This document shows positions 39,179-48,530 of a DNA stretch of 64,000 bases, piece by piece (the stretch's first letter is position 1; each line of letters opens with the position of its first letter). The position numbers and the translations under genes are program-made. Below the pieces are notes generated by a model. It was not told the DNA's origin and ran no database searches. It worked only from the letters and a program-made list of their open reading frames with translations. Source of the stretch: Oikopleura dioica (taxonomy: Eukaryota; Animalia; Chordata); the NCBI GenBank assembly GCA_907165135.1, contig OU015568.1:6200001-6264000 (forward strand), in the 5' to 3' direction.

Positions 39179-39337
39179 ATGATTTTCTTATTGACCGGAG
39201 CTTGTCTTGCCTTTTTCATCCTTCTTATTGTCATTATACTGTTGTGCTACTGTAGGTGCTACTACGTCTGCGACCCGAAGAATAGGATGGAAAGACAAAA
39301 CTATCGGCACATTCGATTGCTCTTGCTGTTAGACTAA
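39179..39337 (+). CDS. Single-pass Cys-rich microprotein, paralogue 2 (52 aa)
   Basis: MIFLLTGACLAFFILLIVIILLCYCRCYYVCDPKNRMERQNY..; differences from paralogue 1 are mostly synonymous or conservative. Confidence 0.7.
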   Translation: MIFLLTGACLAFFILLIVIILLCYCRCYYVCDPKNRMERQNYRHIRLLLLLD

Positions 39338-39521
39338 TTAGAAAAATATAAAACTAGAATTCCAGAATCTTGTTTCTGCAAAAAATATGGTAGTTTGGCC
39401 AATGGCAACTTAACAACAGTCCAACTCACTTTTTCACGATAACTAGGGTAACTCTCCTTTGCAAATTATTTTATGCAACTGAACTTGAATTAGCATATAA
39501 AACAATAATTTATTCAAGAAC

Positions 39522-42296
39522 CTAAGCAAAGAAGCCATACAAGAAAAACGTCAAACACGTTATCGCGACTGCGCCAATATTCGCAGCGCGCTCCCATTTT
39601 TTGTCTTCGACGATCGAGAAGCCTTCGATGTTGTATTTCACTTGCTTGTTGGGGTCGACTTCGTTTTTGAACCAGCGTCGTTGGATTCGAGCGCGGAGGC
39701 CTTTCTTTTCTTCCTGCTGGATTTCCACTAGAAATGAAGGGTTATTTCTAGTGCAGCTAGAATTTCAAGAATTCAAGAGCGAATGGTTTGATTTAGATTG
39801 AACCAATATATGGGTCGATATAAGTCATGATAAGAATGATTGCAATCATTATCAGGGGGATATAAGAGGGAGACATTGAACCAGATTTCAATTTGAATTT
39901 CGAATAGAAATTTCGCTAAAAATTTTGATTCCTGAAGAGAATGAGGAATAAAATGAAAAAACGAAAATAAACGAATTTGACGCACCCGTAGCCACTAATC
40001 ATCGAAAATCATTAATAAATATAAATCATTATCTATTGACTACACGATAAAATATTTCATCGAATTATTATTTTAAAATGAACATCTTCAAAATTTTAAT
40101 CACCGTCTAATTTAGAAGCCCACAGCAAAATGAATAAACAAAAAACCAAGTTGTATCTGCACCACTGTCAATCTCAGTTTGAAATGAAAATACAACAACA
40201 CAATAAAAAAAAGTACCTTTGGGTGAGACAATTTCTGCCATTTCGTGTCGTTGCCTTGAAATTGCCGACATAGAAACACGGGGCTTTGGATGGAAGCGGC
40301 TCCAGAAAGTTAGACGACGAATCTACAGAATTTGTAATTAAATAATGATCAATTATCATCTCTTAGATCGTGTTTAGCAATAAACTCACATATTTGGGGT
40401 GAATAGGTGGTGTAAGTAGTGACACGACGGCAGTGACAATCGCAACAAACGCGGATAAAACCAAAGCAAAGTGCAAATAATGCACCCTAAAACAATGATT
40501 ACACGATTCAATATTTTGCACCTGCCAAAACATAAACGTGCTAAACTTTAAACATAATTAGCTAAACTGGTGTTTACTTGACGAGCACCAATGATCTGCT
40601 ATCAGCCTCGCCGCAACCGGGCTCGGCAGATGTAAATTCAAGCATCATTCTAGTGCAGCCAACGATAAGGCCAAGTGTCATTCCCCAAAACGCGCCCGGC
40701 TCGTTTGTCCGCGACCAGAAAATCGCCATGGTAAAGACCACAGCGATCGGCGGGCAGAGGAAGTTTGAAACTGACTGGATGTAGACAAACAGCTGTCCAC
40801 TGTTGGAATTGGCGATGAATGGGAGCCACAAAATCGAAATACCTAAAAAAATTTTCTGCTGCAAAAAAAAGATTGACTTACCGATGAGGACAAGCATAAA
40901 CAACCTTCCAATCAAAATCAACTCCAAGTTTCCGGCTTGTTTACGGAAGCGCTTCCATATATCCATCGTAAACAAGGTAGAGCCAGAGTTAAACGTCGCC
41001 GTTAATGATGACATCAGTGCCGCTGAAAACAAAATTAACCCAAAACAAGAAATGATCAATTTTCAAACCGAGCATGACTGCGAGCAAAAGTCCTTTGAGC
41101 CCATTCGGCAAAATGCGCATTACAAGCGTTGGATAAGCCACATTTGTACAGCCACTTTCAGTGCCGCAAAAGGCCTTGCAAGTTTCCGCGTTTGTGCAAG
41201 CAATTTCATCAGGCCACAAAGCTCTAAAATACCCGATTTACGACTTCCTCAATGGCGCGATTTCGCGGCTACCTTGAAATCATTCCTGGCACCATCATCA
41301 AAAACACCGGGAGTACTTTCAAAACCGAAGCGCAAACACACCCAAGTTTTCCATGACTCAAGTCCTTCGCCGAAAGCGTTCGCTGGACAATGACCTGGTC
41401 CGAGCACCAGTACCAAATGGAGCCCACCGCCATTCCAAAGACGACACCGGGCCAGGGGAAATCTGGATCATCGGCCGGTCGAATGATGTTGTTCCAGACG
41501 GCGGGTGGGTACAAACACTCGTCGGAAATTTCCGTGCCGTTGACGATCAAGTTGTTGTCATTCTGCGGCGCAGAGCAAGGGTAGTCCTTGGAAAACAAAC
41601 CACTGAAGCCTCCGTCAATTTCCGCCAAACCCATGAACAGAAGAATGAATCCACCAACAACCATAATAATTGTTTGAACTCCCTCCACGTAAATGACCGC
41701 TTTTAATCCTCCAGTAACGGCGTAAACAGCAGTGATAGCAAGGAGGACAATGACAGAGAGATAAATATCCCAGCCCAACGCGACTTGAATGAAAATAGAG
41801 CCGGCGAATAAGTCGGCTGAGATTTTGGTGAAGACATAGAGGAGAAGACTCAAAACGGCCAAGAAGCTTCGAATTCGCTGGCCTCCAAAACGCTCTCGCA
41901 AGTATTCGGGCATTGTAGAAATCCCTCCGGCAGTATAAACGGGAAGAAAGAGCCAGCCAAGAACCAAGAGAATCACCATCGCGTTCCATTCAAAGGCTCC
42001 GACGGCGAGGCCGTTCGCAGCTGCTGTTCCTGCTAAGCCAACAAAATGACCCGATCCGATGTTTGACGAAAAGAGTGACGCAGCTACTGGAATAAAGTAC
42101 ATCGATCGCGAGGCAAGAAAGAAGTCGCTCGCTTCTTGATCAGCCCCGGCTTTCTTCCGCTGCCGATTTGAATAAATCGTGACTCCGAGGCCGGTGAATA
42201 TGACGATTGCAAAGTACCCACCGATAACGCCATAATCGGCAGCGTTCAAACTGTCGTCGTAATTTTTCGTGCTTGGTGTGTATTCACTACAGTCAT
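39522..42296 (-). CDS. SLC5A: Sodium:solute symporter, SGLT (SLC5A) family
   Basis: [72 protein letters not shown]; C-terminal [15 protein letters not shown]. Confidence 0.95.
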
Positions 42297-42330
42297 CGCC
42301 TGAAATATAGGTTGATCCCTGATGAGCTGA

Positions 42331-42431
42331 GCTCGGAAGCCTGTGTAGAAAAACTGAGTCAGGGTCTGAAAATCTTTATTGAAAAGTGACCTTCAGACCC
42401 TGACTCAGGTTTTCTACACAGGTTCCCGAGC
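42331..42431. mobile_element. Family A palindromic element, just upstream of the SLC5 start
   Basis: GCTCGG..CCTGTGTAGAAAAACTGAGTCAGGGTCTGAA ... TTCAGACCCTGACTCAGGTTTTCTACACAGG..CCGAGC. Confidence 0.85.
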
Positions 42432-42947
42432 CGAGAACTTCGCAAATTGTGAGAAAAAAGTCTATTTGAAAATCGGTTTCAACGATGTTTACCCCCGATA
42501 AATCATTACTACTATCAAGAAAGTTAGTTACCTCCAGGACTGATTGGAGAGAGATAATCCATCTCTTCGGACTTTGTTTTTGCCCACTCCCCTCACAGGA
42601 GAAAAAACAGAAAGAATCTCTTTCCTTGTCAAAAAGTCTTTTTGACACTTGATAAATATTGAGGAACTTATGAAGCGATTTGCGAGCGACATTGTTAGAG
42701 CGAAGTGATATTTGCCGATGCAGGCGGTGGACGAACTATTTTAAACATAAAATTTTTTCGATAAAAGATTTACTATTTTCACCGGGCAAACTTTTTTCTT
42801 GCTGAGTTCTTATATAATTTCCACGCTATCGGCGAAGTGGAATTGGTGAAGCTTTTATTCGTTCTTATTTTTGTACAGAAAAGTGCAGCGTGATTTTGAA
42901 AGTTGGAAGCTTTGAAGAAAATATTGCAAAAAGAAGGGACTTTTAAA

Positions 42948-44657
42948 TTACTGGTATTCGTAGTCATTCATGTAACGTGGTTTTGTTCTGGGCGGAATCG
43001 GTCTGAAGCTGTCGGATCTGGTCGTATCTTGCCCGTGAGGTAGCGTTGTCCGGCCAGAATAGCTGGTTCCAAGAGTGTTGTCCGAGGGCATGAATCCATG
43101 TCCGTCACTTGGTCTTCGAGAAAGTTCAGTCGAACATTGCAAGTTATTTTTTATACCTGTGCATAGGCATTGATGCTCCTCTAGTTTTGATCCCGGAAGA
43201 GTAATCATAGCCTGAATCTTTGCGGCAGTTTTTAACGGCCAACACAATGCCTACAATCGCGCCAATTAGCAAAATACTCGCTCCAATAATGGCAACGTAG
43301 AAAATCACTTTGGGCAGGCCGAGTATTTTCTCGGTCGCAGTCGTCGATGCTATCGTGGTCGGATTCGTTGATTCGGTTGTTTGCGGTACCTTTTTCGTTG
43401 TAGATTTGGCTGTTGTTGTCTTCGTTGTCGTCGTGGTTGTTGTCACGATAACGCACTAAGGAGAAGAAAGAAGGGATGAAAGAGGTGGGGGCTTACCTTT
43501 CTGACGCCGTCGATTTTCTTGCAAGCCTGGCCACTAGGACAAGGGTTGTCTCTTTTATTACATTGTTGTATGCAAGAATCTCCGTCCATGAACCAGCCTT
43601 CTTTGCAAGAACAACGGAAAGAGCCTGGCTGATTTGTGCAGACTTCCTAAAACAAAATATCCCCCTTTCTATTTTTTGAAAAGAAACTTTACCGACTCGG
43701 CGCAGGGGTAGGTAAAAGCTTGGCATTCGTCGATGTCTTCACATCCAGTGATGAGATCTCTGTACCCGGGTTTGCAGTTGCACTCGTAGCTTCCTAGCGT
43801 GTTGGTGCATTGGGCTCCCTCGCCGCAGGGATCATTCCAGCACTAGAAAGATCGATCGAATGATGAGTTCTTCAAGCGAGAAACTTACCTCGTCAATGTC
43901 TTGACAAGTTCTTTTGTCTTCTACGAGTTCGTATCCCCTTTTACAGGCACATTCATAATCGCCCTCCGTGTCCTTGCAGTACCCATTATCATCGCATTCA
44001 TGCGTCCCGGTAAAACACTCGTTGATATTGAAGCATAATCGTCCATTCCTCGCCAGCTCGTAGCCACTTCGACATGAGCACGTGTGACTGCCCGCGGAAT
44101 TCTCGCAAAAATGATCGCACCCGCCATTTTCGTCCGCGCATTCGTCAATGTCCTGGCAAACGTCCGAGTCCTCGAGTTTGGCGAATCCGGAGTGGCATTT
44201 GCATTCAAAACTTCCGAGGGTATTTTGACAGTCGCCGTGCTCGCCACAGGGGTTCCTCTTGCTAAAAATATGAAAAATAAAAAGGGAAAAGAAACCCAAA
44301 AATGTTACCATTCGTCAATGTCGTAGCAATTTTTTCCGTAAAACAGATCAAGTTCAAATCCATCAGCGCATTCTTTGCAGTGATATGAGCCCTCTGTATT
44401 TGTGCATTTCCGATCATCAGGACAAACCCCTAAAAATAATTGACAGTTTTGCGTCCAATAAAAATCTTTTATCAACAATTAAGGACCCCAAACGAACGCT
44501 AACCTGCATCAAATGAAAAAACATCCGGTTCTTCTGTACATTCATTTCTATCAACACAAACTCCATCGATCTTTTCATATCCTTCTTCGCATCTCTTTGC
44601 TTCTGCTTGTAATAACTGTAATGATAAGACGAACAGCAGTCTCAGACTTCTGATCAT
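42948..44657 (-). CDS. Type I membrane protein with calcium-binding EGF repeats and a Thr-rich stalk
   Basis: Signal peptide [20 protein letters not shown]; repeated DIDEC/cbEGF units; Thr-rich stalk; [27 protein letters not shown]; Tyr-containing tail. Confidence 0.85.
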
Positions 44658-45152
44658 CTTCTTTTCTAAGAATATGTCTCTTTTTTCTCCCGCTTCTTTT
44701 TTCTTTTTATTTCTTTTCGGCTCTTTTTTGAATTTTATGTTTTTTGATGCTCGTAATTCCGCTCGTGCTCTGCGCTCTGTCTCTTGGTTTGATCGTTTCT
44801 CACCTATGACAGGAAAATGAGTATCGAGGTGATTTTTTGATGATCACCAATTATAGCAATTATTTTTTCGGTCTTTTTTTTCAACCCTCCTCTTTTGATC
44901 GAAGTGATATTTTTCGGAGCTAGAGCTTCAAGTAGGCCCCAAGGCACAACGAAATTCCTTCGCAACTGTGAGAGCGAAGTGAAAATGTCAATTATTCAAT
45001 GAGGGCTTTGGAATAAGTCAATCGACGGCTTTAGTTGTTTGACACTAAGTTTACTGAATAAGAGTAGCGTGTTTTTACTACATGAATTATCAAGTTTATG
45101 ATGTAAAATCCTAATCAGATCTGGCAATAAACAAGAGTGGAGACGACTGATG

Positions 45153-45444
45153 ATTGAAAATGATTGAATGAGCCTGTTTTCTCGAAAATCAACATTGTGA
45201 TGACCTTATTTTAATTCGCCGAAAGAAGGAGTGATCATTTCTCAAGTTCTTTCACAGCGAAAATTAGGGTGTCACTATGTTAACTGGAGGAATCTACTGA
45301 ATTCTGATTCTGAATTGTATCGGTAAAGATTTAACGTAGTGACACCCTTATTTTGCTCAAAAATCACTCTTTCTTTTGGCGATTTCAAATAAGGTCGTCA
45401 CTCTGTCAATTCTTCGAAAATAAGCCAATTCAATCATTTTGAAT
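45153..45444. mobile_element. ~290-bp foldback element (family D), intergenic
   Basis: Arms ATGATTGAAT..GACCTTATTT..CGCC..GAGTGAT..AGGGTGTCACTA(T/C)GTTAA are inverted around a ~50-nt loop. Confidence 0.7.
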
Positions 45445-46550
45445 AAATTGATTTCGGAAAACAAAAATACTAACCGTTTCAGAAGCATTTCATTGATTTC
45501 CTGAAGAGCTGATTCAAGATGAAAAAGAAATCTCTCAAGTGGACTCTTTGGGACCTGGGCAAGGTTGTAATTAGTCGCGCGGAACGATAAACGATTGAGC
45601 TGCTGGGGCTTTATTTTTTTCGTTGGCTGTTCAAGTCTTCAAGTCTTCATTGTCACGGCCGCTTTGTTCAAGTCTAAGTGACGCACCTCCGGAAAAATTT
45701 TTCTTTTCACAAAACTGGAGGGCTTCATAAATACGCTCAGCATTAGCGCGTCTATTCACGACCAAAGTTGATTTTTCGCCGTGGACTTGGCTCTTTTTCT
45801 TTCAATTTTTAAAAGGAAATACTGCGTTTGAATGAATTTATTGAATAACATGTCATGCATCCTGCTCTTCTTCTACCCTAGAATCGTTCAAGCGTACCAG
45901 AACTTTGCACACGGCGCGCGTGCAAACCCCTAAATGAAACTTGGCGCGCGATACAGAAAAATGATCCTCATGCCGAGTTCTACCTAACCGTATAGGTTTC
46001 ATCCCTTCAAAATTATTTTCAACCCTTTTTTCTATCAAAATATTGGTACCAGGCCCAGACTCAGCTTTTCCCCACAGGTAAATTATCTTGAATCTTATTA
46101 TTATGCTCTTTTATTAATTCTGATTTCTTATCAGTGATAACTTATCAGCAATTAGCAGAGAAAGCCTATCTCCAGCTCCCCAAATTTATAAAGGCAGTGC
46201 GCTCCAATCAGCGGGGAGCTGTACTCAGAACGAACCAAAAAGGTGATTCTCCCCGCACCTTCCATTTTTATGAGAAATATTTCGTCAGATAGAGAACTCC
46301 GAAAAAGAAAACGCTAGAATTTCCTCCAGTCTTTTTAATTGATTTCTTTCGAGAGAAAAAAGTCTATTTTTTTTAATTATTTTGATAAAAATACTAAATT
46401 TAATTAAAAAATTCTCGATAAAAGACATTTTTAATTCATTTATTAGCATTTTATTGTTTAAATTGATATTCTTTTATTTTCTTTTAAATTTTGAAATCGG
46501 CGTTTTTATTTGTTTTACGCGATTCGTGTTTTCAGAGTTCGTAATTTTTT

Positions 46551-48216
46551 ATGCTTGGGCGTCAAATCGTGAAGCGCACAGTTTCGCGGCAGAGCGAATT
46601 TCGAGAAATGTCGCATTTGGCGGACAGAGTCAAGAATCCAGATGTACAGAAGAATGTCTGGGTCGAGTTCGTCGGTCTTGCCATGGAGAATCAGGCGCTC
46701 AACGTCGGCCAGGGTTAGTAAAGAGCATATAGCGGCTTTTCTAGCGTTTATTTGCTCTGTCTGTAATAACATTGTATGTGCTTATAATGAGCAAATTAAG
46801 GATTTCCGAATTTCCCGCCGATTCAGCACGTGATGGACGGATTGTCGAGCATTCCCGTGGAGAATCATTTGAACAACCAGTACACCCGTGGATTTGGGCA
46901 CGCCCCCTTCATCCAAGCTCTTGGAGATTTTTACGGACCCCTGTTTGATCGAAAATTGGACGTCCACAACGAAATTTTGGTCACGGTCGGAGCTTACTAC
47001 TCTCTTTACGCCGCTACTCAAGGTATATTTCGACTGACAGCAAATTTTTTTAGCAAGAAAAAATTCATTCTTCATTGTTCTTTTCAGCTCTGATCAACCC
47101 TGGCGATGAAGCGATCATCATCGAGCCCTTCTTCGACTGCTACGCCCCAATGGTCCGCTACGCCGGCGGAACTCCCAAGTTCATTCCTCTTAAACCAGCT
47201 GGAAAAGCGAACGACGCAAACGACTGGAAGCTCGATATGGATCATTTGCAGTCGCTGGTTACTGACAAGACGAAAGTGATCTTCTTCAACAATCCAAACA
47301 ATCCGCTCGGCAAAGTCTTCACTCACGAAGAAATTCAAGGTCAGGAAAGAAAAGGTTGAGAAAGAAATTGAACGAAATTCTAGCGCTCTGCGATTTCTGC
47401 ATCAAGAACGATATCATCTGTCTGGCAGACGAAGTTTACGAGCATTTGGCTTACAATCCCCAGCCTCATCTCAGGTAAAGTCGTTCAAGAAAGAGCTGAA
47501 AACAGAATGTTTGTAGAATTGGAAACTACCCGGGAATGTACGAAAGAACGATTACCATGGGTTCGGCAGGAAAGACCTGGTCTTGCACTGGATGGAAAAT
47601 CGGATGGTCGATTGGCCCACCAGATCTCATCAAAGCCATGCAGGTAAGTAGCGCTAGAATTTGTTATTTATTTCATGCATTTATTATAGATTGTCTGGCA
47701 AAACTCAATCTACACCTGCGCCACTCCGCTCCAAGAAGCGTGCGCTCGATCCTTCCGCCTTGAAATGGAGCGTCCCTTCGATGGACACCCAAAAGACAAC
47801 CCAGACTCGTACTTCAGAACTCTTACCGAAGTCGAACTCAAGCCAAAGCGGGAAAAGATGGCGAAAATCTTGGAAAGCGTTGGAATGAAGCCGATCATTC
47901 CCAATGGCGGTTACTTTATGATCGCTGATGCTAGTCCCTTGGCAAAGATTATTCCAGAAGCGGAACTAGATGATTCCAATGATCCGTGGGATTATAAAGG
48001 TACTGGCCCACTGCTCAATCGATTCTTTTATCGCTTCGTTTTCTAGCTGTTCGCTGGATGTGCCGCCAAAAGAAAATCGCCGCGATTCCCAACTCCGCCT
48101 TCTACAGCGAAGGCCACAAGAAAGAGTACGAAAACTACATCCGCTTCTGTTTCGCCAAAGACGACGCCACGCTCGATAAATTCGAAGAAATGATGGTCGC
48201 AGGCTTCAAGCAATAA
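46551..48216 (+). CDS. KYAT3: Kynurenine aminotransferase (CCBL/KYAT) with a mitochondrial presequence
   Basis: [79 protein letters not shown]. Confidence 0.92.
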
Positions 48217-48397
48217 AAATACCTTCTATTTATTTAAATTTCCTTCGCGTTCAACTATTCTATTTCATTTTTCTTTTCATCACTGTACTCCTAAAAGAAT
48301 CAATTACAAAAAGTCAAATCAGTTCCAAATAAAAATCATACCATGTCGTGTTAAAAATCGATTTGCTTTCTTGTTTCACTTCACATGCAGAAGATTG

Positions 48398-48438
48398 AGC
48401 TCGGCAGCCTGTGTAAGAAACCTGAGTCAGGGTCAGAA
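48398..48438. repeat. Family A solo arm upstream of the Raf-like gene
   Basis: GCTCGGCAGCCTGTGTAAGAAACCTGAGTCAGGGTCAGAA. Confidence 0.7.
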
Positions 48439-48530
48439 GGCTCTTTAGTAAAAAACTTCTTATTAAGAATTATCGAAAAGGAACAGAAACAGCTAGAAAT
48501 CTCCAAGAACTGGACGCAGCCGTGTCCAAA

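Noticed and set aside
39522-39728. 68-aa ORF as an independent tail-anchored microprotein
   Set aside because: It matches the last TM helix of SGLT-family transporters and is the final SLC5 exon.
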